Origin: Chloroflexota bacterium
GTDB lineage: Bacteria > Chloroflexota > Dehalococcoidia > Lucifugimonadales > UBA3495
DNA length: 64,000 bases
Assembly: GCA_028875055.1 (NCBI GenBank)
Contig: JAPPGG010000014.1
Location: 8,722 to 72,721, forward strand
Direction: 5' to 3'
Position 1 is the stretch's first letter; each line of letters starts with the position of its first letter. Positions 9,942 to 19,138 of this stretch are shown here, one piece after another. The translations under genes and the position numbers were made by a program. The notes under the pieces are model-generated. The model was not told the DNA's origin and made no database searches. It saw only the letters and a list, made by a program, of their open reading frames with translations.

Positions 9942-10805
9942 ATGCCCTTGCCCGACCAGGACCTGACCGATCTGCGCCTGCTGGCCGCCTTTGCCCACCC
10001 TGACGACGAGGGCTTTTGCGCCGGCGGCACCCTGGCCATGCTGGTGGCCCGGGGCGCCCGGGTTACCCTGGTCTGCGGCACCAACGGCGACGTGGGCGAA
10101 ATCAGCGATCCCTCCCTGGCAACCCCGGAAACGCTCGCCCAGGTCCGGCAGCAGGAACTGCGCAGCGCCATGGAGGTTACCGGCGTCAGCGACCTGCGGT
10201 TCCTCAACTATCGCGATTCGGGCATGGCCGGCACCGACGAAAACCAGAACCCTCATTGCCTGCACCAGGCGGATGCAGCGGTTGTGGTGCAGACCCTGGC
10301 GGACATTATTCGTGAAGTCCGACCGCGGGTGGTAGTCACCCACGACCCTTCCGGGGGCTACGGCCACCCGGACCACCGGGCCATGTGCCGCCACACTACC
10401 GAGGCCTTCAAACTGGCCGGCAGCACGAGCAGCGGTGGGAATGCAGTTGGACAATCCCGGGCTGAATGGCAACCCGAGTACCTGTATTACGTGTGCTTCC
10501 CCCGCAGCAACTTTCAGCGGATGTGGCAGACCATGGTGGAAATGGACATTACCCCGCCCTTTGCCAGCCAGGACATCGACCTCGTGGGAACTCCCGACGA
10601 GGAGGTGACGGCGGTGGTGGACGTTGGGCCCTATGTGGACACCAAGATTGCTTCTCTCAACTGCCACCGCACCCAGATTGACCCCAACGGTCCATTCTCC
10701 CAGCTGCCCCAGGAAATGATGCGGGAAATAATGGCCAAAGAGTACTATGCTCTGATAGAACCCGCGGACAAGGCGCCCGGAACCGATTTGCTAGCCAGGC
10801 TCTAG
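9942..10805 (+). CDS. PIG-L/LmbE family deacetylase
   Basis: AHPDDE and HPDH motifs typical of the LmbE-like zinc deacetylases (MshB/Mca/BshB class). ATG 9942 has better spacing from CGGAG than GTG 9933. Confidence 0.8.
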   Translation: MPLPDQDLTDLRLLAAFAHPDDEGFCAGGTLAMLVARGARVTLVCGTNGDVGEISDPSLATPETLAQVRQQELRSAMEVTGVSDLRFLNYRDSGMAGTDENQNPHCLHQADAAVVVQTLADIIREVRPRVVVTHDPSGGYGHPDHRAMCRHTTEAFKLAGSTSSGGNAVGQSRAEWQPEYLYYVCFPRSNFQRMWQTMVEMDITPPFASQDIDLVGTPDEEVTAVVDVGPYVDTKIASLNCHRTQIDPNGPFSQLPQEMMREIMAKEYYALIEPADKAPGTDLLARL

Positions 10806-10853
10806 AGGGTATCGTCAGATTGAAATTAGAGCTTCACAGCCCACCATTTCGTC

Positions 10854-10897
10854 GTTCCCGCCTCCGCGGGAACCTCGCCGGCTGTAGCCAGGATTCC
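10854..10897. repeat. REP-like element: GTTCCCGC-CTCC-GCGGGAAC palindrome followed by CCGGCTGTAGCCAGGATTCC
   Basis: Perfect 8-bp arms. The second half aligns with the copy at 439-470 in reverse orientation. It lies in the 240-bp gap between the PIG-L gene and hyuB. Confidence 0.55.
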
Positions 10898-11044
10898 TCC
10901 AGTTTCAATTATGACAGGCCAATCTGGCGACACTCCCTCGTATCCCTTCCCTGCCTTGCCCGGTAATCCCTTGAAGCACATGCTGCGACCGATCCCCCAT
11001 ACTTGTAGAATCTGACCTGACAGAGGAACCCCGGAGAGTGGACC

Positions 11045-12634
11045 ATGGCCGTTGATGCCATCAGCCTGGAAGTATTCAAGAATATGTTCATCTCGGTTTC
11101 GGAGGAAATGGGGGTGGCGCTGCTCAGGACCGCCTATTCCCCCAATATTAAGGAGAGACGGGACTTCTCCTGCGCCATATTCGACCCCACCGGACAGATG
11201 GTGGCCCAGGCTGCGCATCAACCCGTTCACCTGGGAGCGATGCCGGCGTCGGTGCAGGCGGCCCTGGATACCTTTCCCGACTCCCTGCGCCCCGGCGACA
11301 TGGTTATCCTCAATGATCCCTACCTGGGCGGCACCCACTTGCCCGACATTACCCTGGTTGCCCCCGTGTTTGTGACCAGGGACGACAAGAGTGAACTCGT
11401 CGGCTTCGTTTCCAACCGTGGCCATCACGCCGACGTGGGCGGTATGACGCCGGGTTCCCTCCCCCTGTCCACCGAACTCTACCAGGAGGGCATGATTCTC
11501 CCGCCCATCAAGCTGGCCCGGAGGGGTCGCCTCAACCAGGAAGTGGTGCAGCTCATCTGCCGCAACTCCCGGACCCCCGAGGAGCGGCGGGGCGACCTGG
11601 CTGCCCAGATTGCCTCCATTCGCGTGGGCGAGAAGCGACTGCAGGAAGTGGTGGAACGTTACGGCGTCTCCGAAACCAGGGTGCATATGGATGCGCTGCT
11701 GGACTACTCGGAGCGCGTGACCCGCAGCGCCATCAGCCGGATCCCCGACGGGACCTACCAGGTACTGGACTACATGGACGATGACGGACTGACCGAGGAA
11801 CCCGTTCCTATCGCCGTTGCCATCACCATTGCCGGCGACTCTATGACCATTGATTTCACGGGCACTTCTCCCCAGCGACCCGGCTGCATAAACGCTCCCC
11901 AGGCCGTGACTATGTCTGCCAGCCTGTACATGGTGCGGTGCGTGGTGGGCGATGAAGCGCCGGCCAACCAGGGCTGCCTGAGACCGGTGAATGTCATTAC
12001 CCCCAGGGGTACCCTGGTCAACCCCGAGCCCCAGCGTGGCGTGGCCGGGGGCAACGTGGAGACCTCCCAGAGGATCACCGACGTGCTGCTCACGGCAATG
12101 GCCCAGGCGCTGCCGGAACTGATTCCTGCGGCCAGCCAGGGGACCATGAACAATCTGCTTATCGGCGGCCATGACCTGGACCGGGAACGGCCCTTTGTAT
12201 ATTACGAGACCATTGGCGGCGGCATGGGGGGACGCCCATCCAAGGATGGCGTCTCCGGGATTCACACCCACATGACCAACACCATGAACACCCCCATCGA
12301 GGCCCTGGAATTTGCCTTTCCCCTGCGCCTCAAGCGTTACGCCCTGCGGCGCGGCTCCGGAGGCGACGGGCTGCACCGGGGCGGCGACGGTTTGGTCCGC
12401 GATGTCGAATTTTTGAGCCCCGCGAGGGTGACCATCCTCTCCGAACGTCGAAAGTTTCACCCGCCCGGGTTCCACGGTGGGCACCACGGCGAATCCGGCG
12501 AAAATGTGCTGCTCAAGGGAGGCTACGAAGAGGTCCACCTGGCGGGCAAGGAGACCCTGGACGTGGAGGCAGGGGATATCCTCAGCATCCGCACCCCGGG
12601 CGGCGGCGGATGGGGCGAACCTGCCGGGGAATAG
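11045..12634 (+). CDS. hydantoinase B/oxoprolinase family protein (HyuB-like)
   Basis: 529 aa. The N-terminus AISLEVFKNMFISVSEEMGVALLRTAYSPNIKERRDFSCAIFD matches the HyuB family. Confidence 0.85.
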   Translation: MAVDAISLEVFKNMFISVSEEMGVALLRTAYSPNIKERRDFSCAIFDPTGQMVAQAAHQPVHLGAMPASVQAALDTFPDSLRPGDMVILNDPYLGGTHLPDITLVAPVFVTRDDKSELVGFVSNRGHHADVGGMTPGSLPLSTELYQEGMILPPIKLARRGRLNQEVVQLICRNSRTPEERRGDLAAQIASIRVGEKRLQEVVERYGVSETRVHMDALLDYSERVTRSAISRIPDGTYQVLDYMDDDGLTEEPVPIAVAITIAGDSMTIDFTGTSPQRPGCINAPQAVTMSASLYMVRCVVGDEAPANQGCLRPVNVITPRGTLVNPEPQRGVAGGNVETSQRITDVLLTAMAQALPELIPAASQGTMNNLLIGGHDLDRERPFVYYETIGGGMGGRPSKDGVSGIHTHMTNTMNTPIEALEFAFPLRLKRYALRRGSGGDGLHRGGDGLVRDVEFLSPARVTILSERRKFHPPGFHGGHHGESGENVLLKGGYEEVHLAGKETLDVEAGDILSIRTPGGGGWGEPAGE

Positions 12635-12679
12635 TAGCGGGTCAACGGCATTGCAATGATTGGTTGAACCTTAACCGTA

Positions 12680-12709
12680 CTTCCCGCGCAGGCGGGAACC
12701 GAGCGGCGG
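12680..12709. repeat. REP-like element: CTTCCCGC-GCAG-GCGGGAAC CGAGCGGCGG
   Basis: Nearly identical architecture to 10854-10880. It lies in the 365-bp gap after hyuB. Confidence 0.55.
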
Positions 12710-12822
12710 CTCCTGCCCCCTGGTCCTGGCCGGAGCGACAGTTCAAAGTTTCTGCCCACCACTTTAGTGAAGCCGGCCAATGGCAACAGTTCAGGCTTGA
12801 TATTCACGGAGGCTTGGAACTT

Positions 12823-12850
12823 GTCACTCCGGCCTGCGCCGGCATAACCC
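12823..12850. repeat. REP-like element, variant (GTCACTCCGGC-CTGC-GCCGGCATAACCC)
   Basis: Same stem-loop layout with a different stem sequence. It translates as ..VTPACAGIT.. in a spurious ORF. Confidence 0.45.
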
Positions 12851-12999
12851 ATTCAAGGCCACTGTGACTCGTCCACTCTGACCAGTTATACGTCATGGCC
12901 CAGCATTGACAAGGCTGCTTCCAGTGGTGTATAGATTGCCTACCGCATATAATAGTTCGGCAAAGGGGCCGAATCTCTGGTGACAATGGAGGAGGTATT

Positions 13000-13242
13000 A
13001 TGCCAGACGTTTACTATGTTAGGCCGAGTAATTTCCTGTCCGACTCCCGGGACAAGACCATAATCACGGGTGATTCCGAGGACGATGTTCTGGGCAAGGT
13101 TTATGAATACCTGCGCAGCCCTGAAGCCCGCCAGCGTTATCCTGCGGTTGAAGACCCCACCGAACTGGAAAACAACATTCGCAAGTGTATCTTCGTCAAG
13201 GGACAGAAGGTGTTCGGCACCCGCGCCCCTGAAGGCGAATAA
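13000..13242 (+). CDS. hypothetical small protein (80 aa)
   Basis: GGAGGAGG lies 5 nt before the ATG. The composition is hydrophilic and non-repetitive, and a GC hairpin follows at 13278-13304. I recognised no family. Confidence 0.55.
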   Translation: MPDVYYVRPSNFLSDSRDKTIITGDSEDDVLGKVYEYLRSPEARQRYPAVEDPTELENNIRKCIFVKGQKVFGTRAPEGE

Positions 13243-13277
13243 GTCCTCGACTCCCCCAGCCAATCAGGGACAAACAG

Positions 13278-13304
13278 GGGCCCCGGCGATGTGCGCCGGG
13301 GCCC
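13278..13304 (+). terminator. GC hairpin after the small ORF 13000..13242 (weak U tract)
   Basis: GGGCCCCGGCG / CGCCGGGGCCC is an 11-bp stem with a 5-nt loop, followed by TTGCCTGTG. Confidence 0.45.
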
Positions 13305-13390
13305 TTGCCTGTGGGCTTCCCTGGTCTCTCGGGCGTTTAACTGTGGCGGGGCCCTCCCTGGCGTGACCCCCGCGCCCGTTCCCCCGTCCC

Positions 13391-13735
13391 CTAATTGCCG
13401 TCGTCGAAGCTGACAATTACGATCGCGTTGGCAATCAGCGTGCCATCAGTCCCTTCGCCATTCAACACCTGGAGACCGCCGTGCACCACGTTGATGTGAC
13501 CGGTCCCGTGGGGCAGGGTAGCTATTACTGCATCCCCATCCACTGCGTCCGGCTCCGGTACCCCGATGGTCACGTCAACCCGCATGTCATCGGCCGTCTT
13601 GCCAATCAACCGCTGAAACCCCAGGCTGCTGTGGTGCAGCGCATCGAAAACAGCCCGCTTGGCCGCATTGGTGTAATCCAGCCCGTGGACGTCCACGCCC
13701 ATTCCCATTTCGGTTACGCATCTTACCAGTGCCAT
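13391..13735 (-). CDS. Lin0512-family uncharacterised protein
   Basis: 114 aa. EMGMGVDVHGLDYTNAAKRAVFDAL resembles the remembered Lin0512_fam (TIGR02058) signature E.GMG.D.HGQD.T.AA.RA..DA. Confidence 0.6.
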   Translation of the reverse strand: MALVRCVTEMGMGVDVHGLDYTNAAKRAVFDALHHSSLGFQRLIGKTADDMRVDVTIGVPEPDAVDGDAVIATLPHGTGHINVVHGGLQVLNGEGTDGTLIANAIVIVSFDDGN

Positions 13736-13846
13736 ATCCCTTCTCCTAAGTTAGATGTTCGGGTCCAACGGGACTCAACTGCCAGAACTCCTGCCGGAAC
13801 AAGACGGTCACCTCAGCCCAATCGGCAGCGGGCCGGCATTGCACGC

Positions 13847-15268
13847 CTAGCCGCCACCGCCCCTGACCTCGAGGCTGGGCTTGGTCATCTCCTCCGGGTT
13901 CAGCAGTTCGTCCAGCTGCCCTTCCGTGATCTCCGTCCGCAGCGTGGCCACCTCGCGGATGGTCTGTCCGGTGGAGGCTGCCTCCTTGGCTATGGCTGCG
14001 GCGGCGTCATAGCCAATGGCCGGCGCCAGCGCCGTGCCCAGCATCAATCCCTTCTCCACCATGGCGGGCCCCACGTCGGTGGCCTCGATGCCCTTGACAC
14101 ACTGTTCGGCAAAGTTGTTGGCCGAGGCAGCCAGCAGGGAAATGGACTGCAGGAGATTGTAGGCAGCCACCGGCATCATGGTGTTCAGTTCGAAGTAGCC
14201 GCCCTGGCCGGCCAGGGTTACCGCGGCGTCGTTGCCCACCACGTGGGCCGCCACCTGAATCACCGATTCCGATATCACCGGGTTGACCTTTCCCGGCATT
14301 ATCGAACTTCCCGGTTGCACCTCTGGCACCGTTATTTCGCCTAACCCGGCGCGGGGGCCGCAGGCAATAAAACGAATGTCATTGGCAATCTTGTGCAGGC
14401 TGATGGCGATGGTGCGCAGTTCTCCGCTGGCCTCGACAATGCCGTCCAGGGCAGCCTGGGCCTGAAAGTGATTGTCCGTCTCCCGGATGTTCACCCCGGC
14501 AACCTCAGAAATCGTCCTGCAGGTACGGACCGAGAACTCGGGATGCGTGTTGACGCCGGTTCCGACGGCCGTGCCGCCCAAAGCCACCTCAGCCAGCGCC
14601 TCCTGAGCGCGCCGCAACCGGCGAATACCGTTTTCGGCCTGGCCGGCATAGCCCAGAAACTCCTGCCCCAGCCGGACCGGCGTGGCGTCCTGGAGATGGG
14701 TCCGTCCCGTTTTGATAACCGGCCAGAACTCGTCAGCCTTCTGCTGAAGCTCGTCCCGCAGAAATTCCAGGCCGGGAATCAGGTCTTCCTTGATGGCAAT
14801 CAGAGCTGCCAGGTGAATGGTTGTGGGAATTACGTCATTGGAAGACTGGCCCAGATTGACGTTGTCATTGGGATGCACAATCCTGGAACCCAGGTCTCCA
14901 CCCAGGATTTGCGAAGCCCGGTTGGCGATGACCTCGTTCGCGTTGGTGTTGGTGGATGTACCCGACCCGGTCTGAAAGACGTCCAGTACGAAGTGGTTGT
15001 CCAGCTTACCATCAATCACTTCCTGCGCCGCTTCGATGATGGCGTTTCCGATGGTCTCATCCAGGACTCCCAGGGACATGTTGGTCCTGGCCGCCGACTG
15101 CTTGATCAGGCCCAGGGCCCGGATGAAGGTCCGGGGAAACCTCAAGTCGCTGATGGGGAAATTCAACACGGCCCTCATAGTTGAAGCGCCGTAAAGGGCA
15201 TCGGCAGGGACCTCCATCTGGCCCATAGAGTCTCTTTCTATCCTTACGTCAGGGTTACTCGCTGTCAT
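13847..15268 (-). CDS. class II fumarate hydratase / aspartate ammonia-lyase family enzyme (fumarase-like)
   Basis: 473 aa with the GSSIMPGKVNP signature and QTGSGTSTNTNANEVIANRA. It looks closer to FumC than to AspA, but I cannot assign the substrate. Confidence 0.8.
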   Translation of the reverse strand: MTASNPDVRIERDSMGQMEVPADALYGASTMRAVLNFPISDLRFPRTFIRALGLIKQSAARTNMSLGVLDETIGNAIIEAAQEVIDGKLDNHFVLDVFQTGSGTSTNTNANEVIANRASQILGGDLGSRIVHPNDNVNLGQSSNDVIPTTIHLAALIAIKEDLIPGLEFLRDELQQKADEFWPVIKTGRTHLQDATPVRLGQEFLGYAGQAENGIRRLRRAQEALAEVALGGTAVGTGVNTHPEFSVRTCRTISEVAGVNIRETDNHFQAQAALDGIVEASGELRTIAISLHKIANDIRFIACGPRAGLGEITVPEVQPGSSIMPGKVNPVISESVIQVAAHVVGNDAAVTLAGQGGYFELNTMMPVAAYNLLQSISLLAASANNFAEQCVKGIEATDVGPAMVEKGLMLGTALAPAIGYDAAAAIAKEAASTGQTIREVATLRTEITEGQLDELLNPEEMTKPSLEVRGGGG

Positions 15269-15331
15269 TCTCGATATACCGTCCTGATATTTCTGGCTGG
15301 CCCCCGGCCGAAGGGAGCAATTCTCCCGGGC

Positions 15332-16882
15332 CTACTTTCCTTCCCTTATCCAGTCGGCCACTCTCTCTCCAATCATGATGGTGGTGGCGTTGGTATTGGC
15401 CCGAATAACGTCGGGCATCACCGATGCGTCCACCACCCGCAATCCTTCCATACCGTACACCCGGCAATACTGGTCAACTACCGCCATTGGGTCGTCTGCC
15501 GGTCCCATCTTGCAGGTGCCGGAGGAATGGTGCTGGGTACCCACATTGCGCAGCATCCAGTTGTCCAGGGCCTCGTCCGACTCCAGGTCGGCATCGGTGG
15601 GATTCAGCCGCTCCACGATCACTTCGCTGAATAACGGATGGTCGGCAATGCGAAGGCCGGTCCGGATAGCGCCACGCATGCGCGCCCGGTCATAGGGACT
15701 GGACAGATAGTCATAATTCAAAACCGGTTGGTCCCGGGGGTCCGTGGAAGCCAGCCTCAGGCGTCCGGCGCTTACCGCGTTCTGGATGGCGGCGCTGAAA
15801 CCAAAATGAAAGTCATCACCCTCGATCACCACGTTGGCAGGTCGGTGCTCGCTGTTCATCAGGATAGGCGCCAATTGAATGTCGCCCACAGTAGGCGAAT
15901 CGTCGAGGCTGAAGCGCAAGCCCACCTGGATGCTGGGAGCAAGTTCCTCCGGCGGCTCTCCTGACCCTCGGAAAAGCGTGAAGCAGGAGGGATGGTCCCG
16001 CAAATTCTCGCCCACGCCGGGCAACTCGTGCACCAGGTCGATGCCCAGTTCCCGAAGGTGATCAGCGGGCCCGACTCCCGACAACAGGAGCACCTGGGGA
16101 GAAGCTATGGCGCCACTGCTGACAATAATCTGTTCCCCCTCCAGCACAAAGGACTCGCCGCCGCTCTCCGCCTCAATCCCCACTGCTTTCTTCCCTTCAA
16201 AAGTCACCCGGCGCACGGTTACGTTGCCGCGAACGGTCAGATTCAGGCGGTTTCTCACCGGGTTCAAATAGGTAATGGCTGTGCTCATCCGCACCCCATC
16301 GATGTTATTGAGGGGGCGTGCCGCGATGCCGCTGGAGTCGGGGTGGTTCTGATCGGGGTCCTGCTGGAAACCCAGGTCAACGCAGGCGTCATAAAAGGCG
16401 GTTGCGTGGGGGAGCCACTCCTCGCGCTTGTACCGGCGCACCGGAATGGGCCCGTCGCCGCCGTGAAAGTCATCCCCCGGGAAGTCCAGGTCGGTCTCCA
16501 GCTTGCGGAAATAGGGCAGTACCTTCAGGTATTCCCACTCGTCATTTCCCCACGCCGCCCAGTTGTCGTAGTCTCCGGGCACCCCCCGGAAAAGCACCTG
16601 TCCGTTGATCGATGTTGACCCTCCAATTGCCCGCCCTCGAGGAATTTGTACCGGCTCGGCCTGGAAGGGAGTCCCGGTTGCGGTGTAGCCCCAGTTGTGG
16701 GGGCCGTAAGCCGACCGCCACATGTTGTTGCCTTCCTTCAGGTCCACAGGCAACTGCTCAAAGTCCGGGTAGTCCGGCCCTGCTTCCAGCAGCAATACCG
16801 AACGCTCGGGGTCTTCGGACAGTCGAGCGGCCAGCACGCAGCCCGCCGCACCGGCGCCAATAACTATTACGTCGTATTTCAT
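15332..16882 (-). CDS. GMC family oxidoreductase (choline dehydrogenase-like flavoprotein)
   Basis: MKYDVIVIGAGAAGCVLAARLSEDP... is a Rossmann FAD motif, and the C-terminal GMC signature region includes HHSSGTCKMG. Start trimmed to ATG 16882, which follows GGAAAGGA. Confidence 0.85.
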   Translation of the reverse strand: MKYDVIVIGAGAAGCVLAARLSEDPERSVLLLEAGPDYPDFEQLPVDLKEGNNMWRSAYGPHNWGYTATGTPFQAEPVQIPRGRAIGGSTSINGQVLFRGVPGDYDNWAAWGNDEWEYLKVLPYFRKLETDLDFPGDDFHGGDGPIPVRRYKREEWLPHATAFYDACVDLGFQQDPDQNHPDSSGIAARPLNNIDGVRMSTAITYLNPVRNRLNLTVRGNVTVRRVTFEGKKAVGIEAESGGESFVLEGEQIIVSSGAIASPQVLLLSGVGPADHLRELGIDLVHELPGVGENLRDHPSCFTLFRGSGEPPEELAPSIQVGLRFSLDDSPTVGDIQLAPILMNSEHRPANVVIEGDDFHFGFSAAIQNAVSAGRLRLASTDPRDQPVLNYDYLSSPYDRARMRGAIRTGLRIADHPLFSEVIVERLNPTDADLESDEALDNWMLRNVGTQHHSSGTCKMGPADDPMAVVDQYCRVYGMEGLRVVDASVMPDVIRANTNATTIMIGERVADWIREGK

Positions 16883-17424
16883 TCCGGCTATCCTTTCCGC
16901 CAGTTTCTGGCGGGCATTAAAACACCCAATGTTATACCACAAACACCCTTGCGGCGGTATGCGTCCCCCCGGTCAACCACCGGCTGCGGCTGGCCCATAA
17001 CCCACTGCCTGGTGGAGGCCGAACCTATTGGGCGGGTAACCTATTTCCTGGCCCGTCTCCGTTCCCGAACGGCTGACGCTATCCTATTTCCATACTGCGC
17101 CGGCCCCGCCTATTGTGGAGCAGGCCGGTGGACCTGGGACGTTAGTGGCCCGGCGCCGGCCGTAAGCAATTCCAGGCCATGACCCTTCAGAATGCGACCT
17201 CACACCCCAGCACGAGAGGGCTTTCCCTCGCGAGGGCAGCGTCTAATGCAGTATCAGGTCAGGGGAGATCAGATTGCAGGAGAGTGGGGGTATATCTTTC
17301 TGACTATGCGGTTTCATCCCTTTGGAACGGAGCCTCTGCCCCGGTCAATACTCCACCATTGACATGCACAGCTTCGATTCATCATCATAGCCGCAGATAC
17401 ACTCAGAATTGACCGAGGTGAGCA

Positions 17425-19077
17425 ATGGCAACGATGACCGGGGCCCAGGCATTGATACAGTCCCTGGCCAGGGAAGGCGTAGAGGTGGTCTTTGCGCTGC
17501 CGGGCGTCCAGATCATGGAGGCCTTTGACGCCCTTTACGAACAACCCGGCATCCGGCTCATCACGGTCCGCCACGAGCAGACGGCAGGCTATATGGCGGA
17601 CGGCTACGCCCGCACCACCGGGCGGGTAGGCGTGGCCCTGGTCGTTCCCGGGCCGGGCGCGCTGAATGCTGCGGCGGCGGTGGGAACCGCCTATGCCTCC
17701 TCTTCCCCGGTATTGCTGGTTTCCGGCCAGATAGACAGTTCCAGCCTGGGACAGAACCGGGGCGCGCTGCACGAAATTAACGACCAGCTGGACGTCTTCA
17801 AGCCAATCACCAAGTGGAACGGACGCACCACCCGTCCCGAGGAGATTCCCAACCTGGTGCACATGGCCATGCAGCAGGCGCTTGACGGACGCCCCAGGCC
17901 GGTTGAGATCGAGGTACCCTTCGATATTCTGCCGGCGACAGCCAACATCGAACTGCTGGAACGGGAGGGACCGATCAAGCAGTCACCCGACCCAGCGAAG
18001 GTCAAGGAGGCCGCGGAATTGCTGGCCAAGGCCGAAAGACCCCTAATCTGGGCCGGCGGCGGTTGCCGTGAAGCCGACGTGACCACCGAACTTGCGGAGC
18101 TGGCCGAGGCGCTCAACGCGCCGGTAATAACAACTCCGGAAGGAAAGGGCGCTATCCCCGAGAATCACCCCTTGTCGGTAGGCACCTTCTACTACGGGCA
18201 CGGACCGGCCTACTATACCCTCCCCCAGTCGGACGTGATTCTGGCCATAGGTTCACGGATGAACCTTAACCCGCGCACTCCCTGGTCCCTCCGCCCAGAT
18301 CAAACGGTCATCCGCATAGACGCCGACCCGGAGGAACTGGGGCGCCTGGTGGAGCCTCGGGTGGGCATAGTGGCCGACGCCAGGCTCGGCATCAACGACC
18401 TGGTTACGGAACTGGACGGCGCCCCCAGGGCCAGCCAGTGGAAAACCGAGGAATTGCAGGACATTCGGCAGAAGACTGCGGAAGACCTGCGAGCCCTGGC
18501 TCCACTGCAAATGGAAATAGTACAAACAATACGGGAGGAACTTGAGGACGACGCCATCGTGGTAGCGGGCACCACGGAAGTCGCCTACTGGGGCCACCTG
18601 ACGTTTCCCGTCCTGAAGCCCCGGTCCTACCTGACCTCCAGCTACTTTGCCACCCTGGGTTACGCCTTTCCCACCGCCCTCGGCGCCAAGGTAGGCAACC
18701 CCCACCGGCAGGTAGTGGCCACCATCGGAGATGGGGGTTTCATGTACGCCAACAGCGAGCTTTCCACGGCAGTCCAGGAAGGCATAAACGTCGTAACCCT
18801 GGTCTTCAACAACGGTCTGCTGGGCGCGTCCCGGGCAGACCAGATGAACCGCTATCACGGCCGAACTATAGGCACGGAACTGCACAATCCCGACTTTGCC
18901 CAGCTGGCGGAGGTGTACGGCGCGCTGGGGCTCCGGCTGACCGACCGCCGCGAGTTGGGTCCCGCTCTGCACGATGCGCTGAGGGCCGAAAGGCCGGCGG
19001 TCATAGAAGTTCCCATGCCAAACCTGCGCCCTCCCTTCCAGACTCCGCCCCACGGATTGGATGCGGTGATAGGGTAA
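17425..19077 (+). CDS. thiamine pyrophosphate-binding enzyme (acetolactate synthase large subunit-like)
   Basis: 550 aa. The N-terminus has the TPP pyrimidine-binding pattern (GAQALIQSLAREGVEVVFALPG ... RHEQTAGYMADGYAR) and the C-terminus has a GDGGF motif. Confidence 0.85.
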   Translation: MATMTGAQALIQSLAREGVEVVFALPGVQIMEAFDALYEQPGIRLITVRHEQTAGYMADGYARTTGRVGVALVVPGPGALNAAAAVGTAYASSSPVLLVSGQIDSSSLGQNRGALHEINDQLDVFKPITKWNGRTTRPEEIPNLVHMAMQQALDGRPRPVEIEVPFDILPATANIELLEREGPIKQSPDPAKVKEAAELLAKAERPLIWAGGGCREADVTTELAELAEALNAPVITTPEGKGAIPENHPLSVGTFYYGHGPAYYTLPQSDVILAIGSRMNLNPRTPWSLRPDQTVIRIDADPEELGRLVEPRVGIVADARLGINDLVTELDGAPRASQWKTEELQDIRQKTAEDLRALAPLQMEIVQTIREELEDDAIVVAGTTEVAYWGHLTFPVLKPRSYLTSSYFATLGYAFPTALGAKVGNPHRQVVATIGDGGFMYANSELSTAVQEGINVVTLVFNNGLLGASRADQMNRYHGRTIGTELHNPDFAQLAEVYGALGLRLTDRRELGPALHDALRAERPAVIEVPMPNLRPPFQTPPHGLDAVIG

Positions 19078-19138
19078 AGGGGATGCTAAAATAGTCCCTC
19101 ACTACCCGGTAGCCAGTACAGGACTTGAAAGCCGAAAT

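Noticed and set aside
10826-12538. A very long antisense ORF (570 aa) opposite hyuB. Similar ones occur at 7886..8995 (opposite hyuA), 1592..2578 (opposite the binding protein), 25249..26343 (opposite glnS), 33819..35000 (opposite the carboxyltransferase), 51170..52219 (opposite the HAD hydrolase), 56510..57238 (opposite nusA) and elsewhere.
   Set aside because: Their translations are Gly/Arg/Pro/His-rich with no family signatures. Each lies exactly opposite a gene with a clear conserved-family translation. Long stop-free shadow frames are expected in roughly 60% GC DNA.
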